The notes: generated from the sequence alone by a model not told the origin. A stretch of DNA of 64,000 nt from Candidatus Latescibacterota bacterium (GCA_965205975.1 OZ242195.1:2816001-2880000); one strand, 5' to 3'. Shown: positions 23,091 to 33,909, counted from the first letter of the stretch. Program-made: numbers and translations.

Positions 23091-23196
23091 TTTATCTGTA
23101 AATATCAGGATAAATCTATTTACCAAGCCGGATCATCCACGTTTTGCCATTTACCAACTCTATCTTATTTTTATTTGAAAAAAAAGGAGACGGTAA

Positions 23197-26100
23197 ATGA
23201 TCGACCAATACGCAAAATATCTGATTCTCGTGATACTCGTGGGCTGGATAACTGGCGCGCGTGACTGCGCCGCGGCGACGCCTTTTACGCCGCGGCATGC
23301 GGATCCCGTGCAGGAGTTCTGGCGCTGGCGAGCCTTTCCAGAATTGAAGGGTCAGGGGCTGTCGTGTCTGGCGCAGGATCGGGATGGCAATTTCTTATTT
23401 GGGACGGACAATGGGATCTACCGCTACGACGGGACGAGCTGGCGCGTCATTCCGCTTGATGAGGAAATAGTTGGACCACGGATCAACACACTCTATGTCG
23501 CCCAGGACGGAAGTATTTATGTGGGCTCCGACTTGGGCATTGCTCGATTCGAGAACGGGACCTGGGAACGGATCTTTCCAGCCCAGGAGGATTATAGATG
23601 GTTCACATATAACTTGACGGAAGCAGAAGACGGGAGTTTGTGGGCGGGTACGGAATGGGGCGCGCTCAGATTGACGCCGGGTGGTGCAACGCTGTATGTA
23701 GCTGCGGAAGACACAACAGGTATTCGGCAGGTCGTGTCTGATGCTGTGACCTTTGTCGCGGTTCCCGATCGCGTCTTGCCGAGAAGAGCCTGGGGCGTTG
23801 GCATCGGGGCCGCGGTTGTGCTGTCTATATCGGAACCCGGCATCATTGTCAAAATAGCCGATGGCGGCCCAGCGGAACGCGCGGGTTTGAAAGTGGGGGA
23901 TCGCGTGTTGTCTGTGGAGGATGATGTAGAGGCCGAGGGAAGGCGTGTGACGGTCGTACAGGTACAACGGGTTGATGGGCAGATTGACACCATAAAGCTC
24001 GAGAAAGAACGGATAGCGGCGTCTGATCAGCGTTTTAGGGTGTATGATGTGTATGACGCATTGAACGGAACGATCTGGCTTGGGGAATACTACGGCGATC
24101 TCATCCGATTTGATTCCGCATCAGGCTATCAGCGTTTCGATAGGGGAGATGGGATCGACCAGGGCATGTATCCGAAGATCTGTGTGACAAAAGATGGCAC
24201 GGTTTGGGCTGTGTATGGCGACAATAGCAAAAGCATCAACCGATTCGACGGCGAAAAGTGGGAAGCTCTCGAAGTTGGAGATCTCGGCCGCGGTCATCAT
24301 TACACATCGATCATAGAAAGCCGCGATGGGACGCTCTGGATTGGCGGTAGCCATCTGATTGCTCATAAAGACGGCGTATGGCGCGTCTATGACCCGAAAG
24401 ATACTGCGCCTTTACCCGGGCACCGCACAAAACTCCTCGAAGCCGCGGACGGCGCCCTCTGGATTATTGGCCGCGGAGAGGAAGCTGTGCGTCTGGATCT
24501 GAGTGAGACGCACTATCAGACTTATGAGGGCCTCATTTTTCAATGTGATACGCCGGATGGGGCACAGTGGTTTATCTCACAGGATAACGGCGTTGTGCGT
24601 TATGATGGGGAAGGGTGGACGCGGTTTGGGGGAGAGGATGGGTTGATGGACGAGCCCAGCAAGCTCATTGTGACCCGAGAGGGCGCATTGTGGGCCGCAG
24701 GCAGCCACGAGCACGTCGCCGCTACAGCGCGTTTAAATGGCTCTGAATGGATTCTTAAACGCCATTCCCAACTTTCCTGGAGCATTGATCCACGTGCGGT
24801 TTATGAGGCTTTTGATGGCTCTCTGTGGTTTGCCGCGGCTGTGGATTGGTGGTTGTATCGCGATCGCGACTTTCTCGGTGGGGTCGTGGTCTTCGACGGA
24901 ACGAACTGGACACATCACACGCCTCCGGCTATGACGCCTTATGCTTATGGGATTGGGCAAAGTGCGGATGGGACTTTGTGGTTTGGTGGGCGACTGGTCA
25001 GCTTTGACGGAACGCGGAGGGCACGATTCACTGGGCGGCCAGAGGAGTTGGCAAATGACTTTATCGATGCTGTCTATACCACGTCCCAGGGCGACCTCTG
25101 GTTGGGATCCCGAACTTATGGGGTATTTCGCCATAACGGGACGGACTGGCAGCGGTTCGATTACCAGGACGGACTGGCCGACAACCGGGTGCGAAGCATT
25201 TTCCAGGATCGAGACGGCGCGATCTGGGTGGGAACGGCAGAGGGGGTCAGCCGGTTTGATGGACGCACCTGGTTCCCGAACGCCTTGCCGCCCGGGCTCC
25301 CGCTCACGGAGTTTTATGATCCGATTCTTCAGTCTCGAGATGGGACACTCTATCTCAATTCCGCATCTGATGCCGATGCCTGGCGCAACAGGTCAGGACC
25401 CCAGCATGCAACAGGTCCTTATACCCTGCGCACGATCCGATATGTGCCAGAGACGGATCCTCCTGAGACCATAATGACCATTGACCCGGGTGAAGCCTTT
25501 CAGGGCGGAGAGATAACTTTCGCCTGGACAGGTGCAGACCCCTGGCAAAGCACATTGCGCGAAGATTTGCAATACGCCTATCGTCTGGACGGCGGGGAGT
25601 GGTCGCCTTATGGCGCAGATATGATCCGATCTTTTGAGGATCTGGACGTGGGAACGCATACTATTGAGATTAAGGCACGCGATCTGGCGTTCAACGAAGA
25701 TCCTACGCCGGCTATGAAATCGTTCAGCGTTGTTCCGGTGGTGTGGCGGCGCCCGTGGTTTATTGGGTTGATCCTGGGATTTGTGACCATCACCGGCTAC
25801 CTGATCACGCGGATTATTGTCAGGGATCGGAGACTGCGTCAATCGAATGAGGAACTTCGGCAGACGATGGATGAGCGCGCGCGTTTGGATGACCAGCTCC
25901 AGAATCTGAGATATCTGTATCGCTTGCGATCGGAACTCGACGGCGAGAAATCACCGCGTGCCGTGATCCAGCGGGCGGGAGACGTCATGATGAACGTTCT
26001 GAACGGCGCGGCCAACGCAGCCGTCCGTGTCTCTTTCGATGGACAGCAGTGGGAATTTGGAGATGGGATCCAGAATGGGCGGAGAAGCTATACACGGACG

Positions 26101-27000
26101 ATCTCTATTGCGGGAAAAGAGCGAGGGAGGTTGGAACTCCACTGCGGAATTGAACTCACAGAGGGGCAGGAAAGGGCGCTCCTGGGCGAAACCGCGGGCC
26201 AGCTTGCACGAACACTGGAGGCACGGGAACTCGAGATGCAGCTCCTGCAGTCCGCGCGTCTGGTCTCGCTGGGGCAAATGGCCGCTGGTGTGGCGCACGA
26301 ACTCAACCAGCCGCTGACGGTCGTCGAGACAACCGCCGGTGATATTTGCCTGCGTTTGATAGAGGGGATACCGCTTGGGACAGACGAGTTGAGGGAGATG
26401 ATGGAGAATGTTCGGGGTGTGGTTGATCGGATGGCGGGCACCGTCGATCACCTGCGCGTGTTCTCACGCGATGTGTCTGAAGAGCCGCGCGAAGCGATGG
26501 ATGTGAATGCGGTGGTCGAGAGCAGCTTGGAGTGGATGCGTACGCAGTTCGAGAATCACGAGATTGATCTGGTGCTGGATCTTTCTGACGCGCTCCCAGA
26601 GGTCTGGGGGCATCCGCATCCGCTCGAGCAGGTGGTTCTCAATTTGCTGTCAAATGCCCGGGATACGGTGGGTGATCGAGCAGAGATGGAGGGAACGGGT
26701 TATGACAAACGGATCCAGATCCGAACGTGCGTTGAGAACGATGCGGTTGTTATCGAGGTAGAGGATAATGGAGTTGGGATGGATGAGGCGACCCGGCAAC
26801 GTCTTTTTGAGCCGTTTTTCACGACAAAAGATGCCGACCGCGGCACGGGTTTGGGGTTGTCGATCATTTACGCCATTATTCGCAATCACGATGGGGAGAT
26901 CACTGTCGAGAGCGAGCAGGACGTGGGCACGACGTTCAGGGTGATGTTGCCGGTGGTGGGCGAAAGCTATCCGCAGATGGACGCAGGCATGTCCCTGTGA
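23197..27000 (+). CDS. Sensor histidine kinase with beta-propeller, PDZ and Y_Y_Y-like extracellular domains
   Basis: Signal peptide, repeated DGxLWxG blades, GGPAERAGLKVGD (PDZ), YAYRLDG, TM, AHELNQP, NARD, DNGVG, FEPFFTTK, GTGLGL. Confidence 0.92.
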   Translation: MIDQYAKYLILVILVGWITGARDCAAATPFTPRHADPVQEFWRWRAFPELKGQGLSCLAQDRDGNFLFGTDNGIYRYDGTSWRVIPLDEEIVGPRINTLYVAQDGSIYVGSDLGIARFENGTWERIFPAQEDYRWFTYNLTEAEDGSLWAGTEWGALRLTPGGATLYVAAEDTTGIRQVVSDAVTFVAVPDRVLPRRAWGVGIGAAVVLSISEPGIIVKIADGGPAERAGLKVGDRVLSVEDDVEAEGRRVTVVQVQRVDGQIDTIKLEKERIAASDQRFRVYDVYDALNGTIWLGEYYGDLIRFDSASGYQRFDRGDGIDQGMYPKICVTKDGTVWAVYGDNSKSINRFDGEKWEALEVGDLGRGHHYTSIIESRDGTLWIGGSHLIAHKDGVWRVYDPKDTAPLPGHRTKLLEAADGALWIIGRGEEAVRLDLSETHYQTYEGLIFQCDTPDGAQWFISQDNGVVRYDGEGWTRFGGEDGLMDEPSKLIVTREGALWAAGSHEHVAATARLNGSEWILKRHSQLSWSIDPRAVYEAFDGSLWFAAAVDWWLYRDRDFLGGVVVFDGTNWTHHTPPAMTPYAYGIGQSADGTLWFGGRLVSFDGTRRARFTGRPEELANDFIDAVYTTSQGDLWLGSRTYGVFRHNGTDWQRFDYQDGLADNRVRSIFQDRDGAIWVGTAEGVSRFDGRTWFPNALPPGLPLTEFYDPILQSRDGTLYLNSASDADAWRNRSGPQHATGPYTLRTIRYVPETDPPETIMTIDPGEAFQGGEITFAWTGADPWQSTLREDLQYAYRLDGGEWSPYGADMIRSFEDLDVGTHTIEIKARDLAFNEDPTPAMKSFSVVPVVWRRPWFIGLILGFVTITGYLITRIIVRDRRLRQSNEELRQTMDERARLDDQLQNLRYLYRLRSELDGEKSPRAVIQRAGDVMMNVLNGAANAAVRVSFDGQQWEFGDGIQNGRRSYTRTISIAGKERGRLELHCGIELTEGQERALLGETAGQLARTLEARELEMQLLQSARLVSLGQMAAGVAHELNQPLTVVETTAGDICLRLIEGIPLGTDELREMMENVRGVVDRMAGTVDHLRVFSRDVSEEPREAMDVNAVVESSLEWMRTQFENHEIDLVLDLSDALPEVWGHPHPLEQVVLNLLSNARDTVGDRAEMEGTGYDKRIQIRTCVENDAVVIEVEDNGVGMDEATRQRLFEPFFTTKDADRGTGLGLSIIYAIIRNHDGEITVESEQDVGTTFRVMLPVVGESYPQMDAGMSL

Positions 27001-27217
27001 AAACAGGGATGGACGCGGATGAAAAGGCGAAAACAGTCTGAATCAGGATTTACAAGATTATAGGATGGTCAGGATGAAAGGGAAACTGCATCAATCACAG
27101 GTTTGAAACACAAGCCCTAATCTCTACACCGAAACGGGCAACTCCAATACAACATTATTAACCAACTGTTGCGTAACATCAGGTAAAAATTAAGAATTGG
27201 CTTGTTGGGAGGCACTG

Positions 27218-27790
27218 TTAGGTAGGGTAGCGGTAGCTGAAAAGTTCGTTACCGTTGCCATCTATCAGAACAAAACGAAGGGCATTAGCCACAAGTCCAC
27301 ATATAAGATAGCGATCAGCCTCTGCGCCTTGTTCAAAGGCCGCGATAGCCAACTGTACGTCTTGCTTGATGGACCTAAACCTGTTATTGGAACTCTTATC
27401 GAAAACGAGGACCCGCAGTTCAGATCTGGCCATGAGAAGTTTAGAGAAATCGTACAGTATGTCGTTATTGTGCGAGATGTTTGTTTTGTTATTTTTCCAT
27501 TCGCATTCGAGAACGATAAGGGCCTTTCTCAGTGGGGTTTGCGGGGCAAAGTAGCCGTCCTGGCTAATACCTCCAGTTACCAAAAAGCACACGTCGTAGA
27601 GAAATTCCCAATTTTGATTAGGCGTCACTGTTCGTCTAACGTCAACGCCAAGTTGATTACCCAGATTATCCAATTGAGCGAATAGGTTATCAGTCATCTC
27701 CGGGTACGTCATGTTTTGGATATCTTGATCTTTGAACGTAGCCCTCACAGATTGGATGAGTCCGTTAATCAATACGTTGATATTACACAT
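27218..27790 (-). CDS. Hypothetical protein, possible PD-(D/E)XK-fold
   Basis: GGAGG RBS; FLYDV..VLECEW..DFSKL pattern. Confidence 0.6.
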   Translation of the reverse strand: MCNINVLINGLIQSVRATFKDQDIQNMTYPEMTDNLFAQLDNLGNQLGVDVRRTVTPNQNWEFLYDVCFLVTGGISQDGYFAPQTPLRKALIVLECEWKNNKTNISHNNDILYDFSKLLMARSELRVLVFDKSSNNRFRSIKQDVQLAIAAFEQGAEADRYLICGLVANALRFVLIDGNGNELFSYRYPT

Positions 27791-27872
27791 CTGATACCTC
27801 CTGTTGTATGGTTACCCTTAGAAGCTGTTTTAAAACTCATTTTGCCCCTTCTCGGTGCTGCGCTATTGCCCT

Positions 27873-27995
27873 GTCATTCTGAGCGCAGCGGAGTCGAAGG
27901 AGCGGGGTACAACTGCGATAGCAGTTCATCTGCTGTCTCAACAGTGTGCATGGGTAACAGATGCTTCGTCAGCCTATCGGCTTTCTCAGCATGAC
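27873..27995. repeat. Palindromic MITE/REP-like element carrying a 27-bp insertion
   Basis: GTCATTCTGAG..CTCAGCATGAC ends; inner arms CGAAG|CATCTG and CAGATGCTTCG. Confidence 0.7.
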
Positions 27996-28052
27996 GTGGT
28001 GTAGTAGCACATTTATTTTTTAAGTCACACATTGCGTTATGGATGATTATGC

Positions 28053-28079
28053 GGGCGACCACGAAGGGATCGCCCCTAC
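28053..28079 (-). repeat. GTAG-type REP hairpin
   Basis: GTAG-GGGCGATCC-CTTCG-TGGTCGCCC just after the stop of 28094..29650. Confidence 0.7.
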
Positions 28080-28093
28080 AACAATCACGCCGC

Positions 28094-29650
28094 TCAGGCA
28101 AGAGCTGTCTCGAATGCTATCAGATTGCGGGTCTCCCGGCTGAACTCTACCCCGATCAGATGAATCGGCTGATCCAGGTCGCGGTATTTGTCCGCATATC
28201 CCTTTGCCTGCAATTGCGCCATTGCAGACCCTTCCGGTGCCAATTCTACAACCTTGAACTCGAAGAGATACACATTGTCGTTGAAACGAACCGCCATGTC
28301 CAGACGCCCATCGCTGCCACTGTCTTCCACAACAATGTCGAATCCCACCGATGCGAAGTAGGAGTAGAAGACGCTGGCGTAGTAGCCTTCGTAGTTCGCT
28401 ATTTCATTGTTTGTGTGCCACTGGTAGGGAATGCTGGCGAAGAATGCCTTGAACAGGCTTTCCAGGCCAGCGAAGTCATTGACCAGCAACAGGTCGTATA
28501 AACGGGCACTGTGCTCTGCCTGTTGCGCGGGGCTTCCGGTCAAATGGTTGAGCAAGCTTTCGTTCAGGCTCTGGCGCACTTCCTGGTTTGGGTAACTCAG
28601 ACGGTAGTAGATTCTGCTACCTCGCGGTTCGGTTTGGATAATCGTGAGATACCCGGTCTGGAACAGCAATGCTTCGGTGGCGATGTGATCAACGTCGAAT
28701 GTAGATAACAGTTCGTCACTGCCCAATATGTTGTCCAGGTCCAGCGTACCAACCCCGCGCGAGATCAGGGTCTCGATCAGGAATGTCGGGGTACCGGTCT
28801 CGAACCAGTAGGCTTTAAAGTTGCGGTTTCTGAACAGCAAGAGGATGTCGAAGGGGTTATAGACCTTCTCCTCTCCCAGCCAGCTATAGCCATTGTACCA
28901 GTCGCGGATCTCATCCCGATCCAGACCCGGCAATTCTGGCGCGAATACCGTGTCAATGTCCTCCTCGGTGTAGCCACATAAGGTGGAATATTGTGGATCA
29001 ATGGTGATGTCTGTAAGATTGTTGAGGCCAGAGAACAGACTGACCTTAGAAAACTTGCTGACGCCTGTGAGGAATGTGAACTTGATGTACGCGTCACTGG
29101 ACTTGATGGTTGAATACAGACCCCGCAGAAAGTCGCGGTTGGCACGGGCGACTTCAGGCTCATCTATCACATCTAAGATCGGCTTGTCGTATTCATCAAC
29201 GAGAACAGCCACGCGCTGTCCCGCCTGGCTATGCAACATCTGGATGATATCGCGAAAGCGTGCTGAAGCCGTATCGTAGGGGCTTTCTACACCTGTTTCT
29301 TTTTCTACGGCGTCCAGTTGTGCCATAACCTCTTTGTGCAAGATCTCCGGCTCATCAAAGTTGCCGCTGCCAAAGTCGAGGCGCAGGACAGGATAGCGAA
29401 CAGACCAGTCCCAGTGGTCGTGAATGTATAGCCCCTCGAACAGCGGTTCATTGCCCTCAAACAGTTCCTTCAGCGTATCCAGAAACAGGCTTTTGCCAAA
29501 GCGACGTGGACGCGATAGAAAGTAGTGCTTACCCTCGTCGATCAGCCGCTGAATGAGGGCCGTTTTATCGACATAGTAGCAGTTTTCCTCTCGTATCTCG
29601 CGGAAGGTCTGAATGCCGATAGGCAGCTTGCGTCTGTCTGATATGCCCAT
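28094..29650 (-). CDS. AAA-ATPase-like/PD-(D/E)XK protein, paralogue of 4512..6068
   Basis: Same length (518 aa), long identical stretches, same motifs. Confidence 0.9.
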   Translation of the reverse strand: MGISDRRKLPIGIQTFREIREENCYYVDKTALIQRLIDEGKHYFLSRPRRFGKSLFLDTLKELFEGNEPLFEGLYIHDHWDWSVRYPVLRLDFGSGNFDEPEILHKEVMAQLDAVEKETGVESPYDTASARFRDIIQMLHSQAGQRVAVLVDEYDKPILDVIDEPEVARANRDFLRGLYSTIKSSDAYIKFTFLTGVSKFSKVSLFSGLNNLTDITIDPQYSTLCGYTEEDIDTVFAPELPGLDRDEIRDWYNGYSWLGEEKVYNPFDILLLFRNRNFKAYWFETGTPTFLIETLISRGVGTLDLDNILGSDELLSTFDVDHIATEALLFQTGYLTIIQTEPRGSRIYYRLSYPNQEVRQSLNESLLNHLTGSPAQQAEHSARLYDLLLVNDFAGLESLFKAFFASIPYQWHTNNEIANYEGYYASVFYSYFASVGFDIVVEDSGSDGRLDMAVRFNDNVYLFEFKVVELAPEGSAMAQLQAKGYADKYRDLDQPIHLIGVEFSRETRNLIAFETALA

Positions 29651-29768
29651 CTCTTATCTCCAGAGTGTGATGTCAGCACGGTCGCCCTGCTCGATACAGT
29701 ATTATACCGCTTTCGCTATCTATTTGGAAGTCAAAACTTTTCGTTTTTCTGTGCCTACATCTATTAGG

Positions 29769-30053
29769 CGGATCCGGACGTGCGCTGAGAATGATGCGGT
29801 TGTTATTGAGGTGGAGGATAATGGAGTAGGGATGGATGAAGCGACCCAGCAACGTCTTTTTGAGCCTTTTTTCACGACAAAGGATGCCGACCTCGGCACG
29901 GGTTTGGGATTGTCGATTATTTACGCCATTGTTCGCAATCACGATGGGGAGATCACCGTGGAGAGCGAGGAGGGTGTGGGGACGACGTTTAAGGTAATGT
30001 TGCCGGTGGTGGACGAAAGCTATCCGCAGATGAACGAGAATGAACGCAGATGA
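29769..30053 (+). pseudogene. Duplicated HATPase 3' fragment of the sensor kinase
   Basis: IRTC..EVEDNGVGMDEAT..GTGLGL without upstream domains. Confidence 0.88.
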
Positions 30054-30482
30054 AAAGGCAAACTGCATCAATCACAGCTTGAAATCCAAGCCTTAAATAT
30101 CCCACTAAGGCGGAGTAACTCCACTCTCGATGCTCACCCATGGGGAGGAGCATTCCGGACAAGCCAGCATTGGGTTCTGGTTAGACTTAGTAATGGAAGA
30201 ATGGTGATAGGATGGCCGAAGAGAATCAGTAGCCGAGACGATAAATATACTCTGTCCCTTCAAGACGCTTCTTGGGTCCGTGATGATGCGACAAAAGTGG
30301 CGATTTATGCCGATGAGTTCTTGATCACGGGTGACATAGATTGGGTGCAATTTCTAAAAACAAAATAACTGTGTTAAATTTTTCTTTTGGACTTGATCCG
30401 TTTCGGTGGATACAGCAACGCCTGATCCAGGACATAGACGGTTTCCCTATCCACAAACGCAACCGGGAATCTTCTGCGAAGG

Positions 30483-31127
30483 CTATTGCCTTTCGCCGTA
30501 CACATAGGTCGATTCGATTTCCCTTCCATCCGAGTCACGAGAGATCCAGCGTCCGTGCTTCTTGCCGTTCTCATAGGGGCCTTTCTCTGTGAGTATAGTC
30601 CCATGTGATTGTCCCTTCCCCCTGAGCCACGTTCCCCGAACATCTGCCAGACCAGGTTACAGTTTCGCCTTCTTGAAGATAAGGGTTCCAAACATAGCAT
30701 TCAGGACGGTCGGCCAATGCCATCCAGCAACTCGAACCTAAAGGTTTTCCGGCACAACCTCAGCACTGATCGGTATTCCTTCAGTCTCGATCAACAACGC
30801 CAGTGCCTCCTTGTAAAACTCGCCCTCTTTCCCTGTTGCTGATAGATATCTGGTCACAGACTCAAGCGCGATCCGGGTTGAATCTGCTGAAAGAGCCACC
30901 TGTGCATATTTGAAGTGGAACTCGTCTGGCAATGTGAGATTGTGTTCTTTTTGCAGCGCAATGATCTTATCCATCATATTAAGCGCAGCTACATAGTCTT
31001 TTTTTGCATGTAACAGTTCTGCCTGCATCAGATATTTGTCCGCTATGATCTCCGGCGGCAGTTGGGCAGACGCAACCGCAAAGAATCCCAATAAGGCCGG
31101 AATGAAAAAGCCGATAAACATTCGCAT
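30483..31127 (-). pseudogene. Exported TPR-like/MORN-like repeat protein, frameshifted
   Basis: The signal peptide + QLPPEII ORF stops at 30738. Downstream frames give RPECYVWNP..TWSGRCSG and GKKHGRW..VYGERQ*. Confidence 0.55.
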
Positions 31128-31188
31128 GAGTGTCTCCTGTCATCAATTTTACGCGGCGAAGGCGAAAGTTGCGGTAAAGAATCAAGAA

Positions 31189-31968
31189 CTAAAAAGACCG
31201 AGCGACACGAAAACCGCAGGAGAGGGACCGATCCTCGGAGGAATCTTTGTGGCGATTCGCCGAGCGCAAGCCCCTCGGCCCCTGCAAAAACGATCCACCA
31301 CGCATCGCGTGCCTATTGCAGTCTCCACGTACCCCCGCAGAACCGTCTGTTGGCACGCCCCTGTAGCTGGGTCTCCAACAGTCCTGTACCCACTCACTCA
31401 CATTCCCGTGCATATCGTACACGCCCCAAGCATTCGCCTCGAAAGATCCCACTGGTGCTGTCTTCCACTCACCATCCCATGCACTAACGCAACCATCGCA
31501 ATTGGCACGGTCGTAATCTATACTATCGCCCCAGCTATACGCAGTCCCCGTTCCTGCTCGCGCAGCATATTCCCACTCCGACTCGCTCGGCAAGCGATAG
31601 GTTTCCCCTGTCTGATCCGATAGCCATTCTGTGTACGCTATCGCGTCATACCACGAAACTTTGATTACCGGGCGACGGCCACGCCCCCAACCTATATTAT
31701 CATCTACCCGCTCGCGACCAGTCGCATCCGTGAAAGCGTCGTACTCCTCAAACGTCACCTCATACTTCGACAGGGCAAATGAGTCTATGTTCACTTCACG
31801 CACAGGTTTCTCATCGTCGTCACAGTCTATACCCGACACACAGCCCATCAGAAAACTGCCCGCAGGTATCACCACCATCTCAGGCATTGGAAAACTCGGT
31901 TGCGAATATACTGAATACGCCGTCCAGCAACTCAACACTACTGATAGTACAACAAATTTACGCCACAT
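31189..31968 (-). CDS. Formylglycine-generating enzyme (SUMF1)-family protein
   Basis: MVVIPAGSFLMG, YEVT, RLPSESEWEYAARAG, DMHGNVSEW, RGGSF, GFRVAR. Confidence 0.92.
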   Translation of the reverse strand: MWRKFVVLSVVLSCWTAYSVYSQPSFPMPEMVVIPAGSFLMGCVSGIDCDDDEKPVREVNIDSFALSKYEVTFEEYDAFTDATGRERVDDNIGWGRGRRPVIKVSWYDAIAYTEWLSDQTGETYRLPSESEWEYAARAGTGTAYSWGDSIDYDRANCDGCVSAWDGEWKTAPVGSFEANAWGVYDMHGNVSEWVQDCWRPSYRGVPTDGSAGVRGDCNRHAMRGGSFLQGPRGLRSANRHKDSSEDRSLSCGFRVARSF

Positions 31969-31989
31969 ACTGAACCCCTTTCCCCGCTA

Positions 31990-32290
31990 TTACCTAACTG
32001 TTTCAACATTTTGAAGTGCCTGTTGCATCGAATCTTGCGCTTGCCCGCCTTGTGTTTGCGAGGGTGTAGCAACCGAGCTGCTATTCTCATTCCTAACAGG
32101 TTGATCTTTTAATACACCTTCCATGTATTCGCGTGCAGCTTCTGCAACAGCTTCCTGGTCTTCACTATCCTTGCCAGCATACGCAATCGCCGCAGCACCT
32201 ATAAGCGCGGTGGCCGTACGGAAACCATCTCCTTGCGATTTTCCCGTTATCTTTGTCTGGGTGGCCCCGGCAGCGCGCAGAATCCTGGCA
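31990..32290 (-). pseudogene. Remnant of an ankyrin-like protein
   Basis: DVARILRAAGA ankyrin tail followed by a low-complexity segment; no credible start. Confidence 0.4.
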
Positions 32291-32515
32291 ACATCCGGCC
32301 TGTCCTTATCTTCGGTCGCAAAATATGCATAAATTTTTATACAAAATAAGGGCGATATATCGTTCAATCGAGACAATATATCGCCTTTATTAAGAAAATC
32401 AAATTCTATTTACATAACTTTCTTATACCAGTAAACTGCGATGCCTGTCCCTGCATGTGGTAAGCAGGGATCTGTTCATCTTCTACTAACGCCGGAAGAA
32501 TGAGCAACGACAAAG

Positions 32516-32550
32516 AAAGCCCGTCAATCGGTAATGATCAACGGGCTTTT
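32516..32550. terminator. Bidirectional terminator-like hairpin
   Basis: AAAGCCCGT..ACGGGCTTT. Confidence 0.55.
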
Positions 32551-32643
32551 GTATTGCCTTCAGCGGCGAGTTATGCTGCTGTTTGGAGGGAATCGCTCCA
32601 CACTGCGGAGCGTTTTGAAAAGGTTCGGTAAAATTGTCGCAAT

Positions 32644-33561
32644 CTACCCGATCACACCGCGCTTGCGCAGCACATCATCTACCTTATCATCGCCCGTCGC
32701 TTTGTCGGAAAAGTTGAACTCCGATCCCGCATTGAGCAACAACTCGATCACCCCGGCGTAATCGGCATCTAACACGGGATGATTTGCCAGAAAATACATC
32801 GTTGAACCAAGCGCTGTACCACCATAGTCATTTTTCAGCTCAACAGACGCCCCGCAATCCAGAAGCATCTCGACCGTATCTCTTCGACCGCGTTGTGATG
32901 CCAGCATCAACCCCGTATTATTCGCCCCGCCCCTTGCGTCTATATCCAAGCCGCGCTTGAGAAGACATTCTGCCACCTCAGTGTAGCCATACTTGCAAGC
33001 AGACCAGAATGCCTCCTCCAACTCCCTGCGGGATGCACCTTTCCCATCGACAAATTTCTCGACCAGTTCAAGCTCTCCCAAACCAGCGGCGACTTCGACA
33101 TTCATGATCTTTGCACCGCATTTGAGAAGAGCCTGAACCGACTCGGGATACTCAAAACTAAGCGCGAGCCTCAGTGGTTCGCCATCTCCCTTTAACCCAT
33201 CTACCCTGGCACCTGCATTGACGAATACGCTCACAAGCTCAGCGGCAACACCCGATTTATGTGGGTGAAAACTGGTCACCAATGAAACAAGAGGTGTGGT
33301 ACCCGATCCCCCATCCAGGAAAGTAGCATCTATTTCGGCACCAGCATCAATGAGCACATTTGCTACATCGACCGCGTTAGTTGGTGTACTCTGCCGCTCA
33401 TCTTCCACGCCATTTGCCGCCACATAGTGAATCAACATCGCCCTATGCGCCTTGGATGATCGCATGCGAATCAGATCAGGCTCTCTCTTAAGCAGCGATT
33501 TAAGCGTCTCAATATCACCGGAAATCACGGCATCAACTGCTTCCTCAAATTCCTCAGTCAT
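32644..33561 (-). CDS. Ankyrin repeat protein
   Basis: LIDAGAEID, TPLV, LLKRGLDID, TGLMLA, LLDCGAS repeats. Confidence 0.88.
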   Translation of the reverse strand: MTEEFEEAVDAVISGDIETLKSLLKREPDLIRMRSSKAHRAMLIHYVAANGVEDERQSTPTNAVDVANVLIDAGAEIDATFLDGGSGTTPLVSLVTSFHPHKSGVAAELVSVFVNAGARVDGLKGDGEPLRLALSFEYPESVQALLKCGAKIMNVEVAAGLGELELVEKFVDGKGASRRELEEAFWSACKYGYTEVAECLLKRGLDIDARGGANNTGLMLASQRGRRDTVEMLLDCGASVELKNDYGGTALGSTMYFLANHPVLDADYAGVIELLLNAGSEFNFSDKATGDDKVDDVLRKRGVIG

Positions 33562-33909
33562 CTTTCACACTCCCTCATCTTTCACCACTTCCCCATCGAG
33601 CAGATGCACAATGCGTTTGCTATAGCCCGCCCAACTGCTTCCTCAAATTCCTCAACAGAAGAGAGTCATGCTTTCACATGGCTCTGAAGAATCTCATCCA
33701 CCATGCTTCCCCATCACCTCCTCGACCAACACCTTGAGCATGCACGTTATGAATCTCGCATGCGTTTGCTTGCGGCCACTCCCGCCCACTTTTCAGAATG
33801 ACACCACAAAATGTGAATCTATATCTTCTAACACCTGCAAAATGATTTAAGACAATCGTTTCAGAAGGACATCCGCAAGCGCCAACTGCCTCCCTTGATC
33901 CCCACCCCC

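Larger units (their letters stand above)
26716..30096. repeat. ~330-bp diverged direct repeats (26716-27120 and 29769-30096) of the kinase 3' end plus downstream DNA
   Basis: Colinear match; the left copy carries two extra small insertions. Confidence 0.9.

Noticed and set aside
33665..33802. Second GTCAT..ATGAC palindromic element
   Set aside because: Both apparent ends are explained as pieces of the garbled ABC/ankyrin duplication
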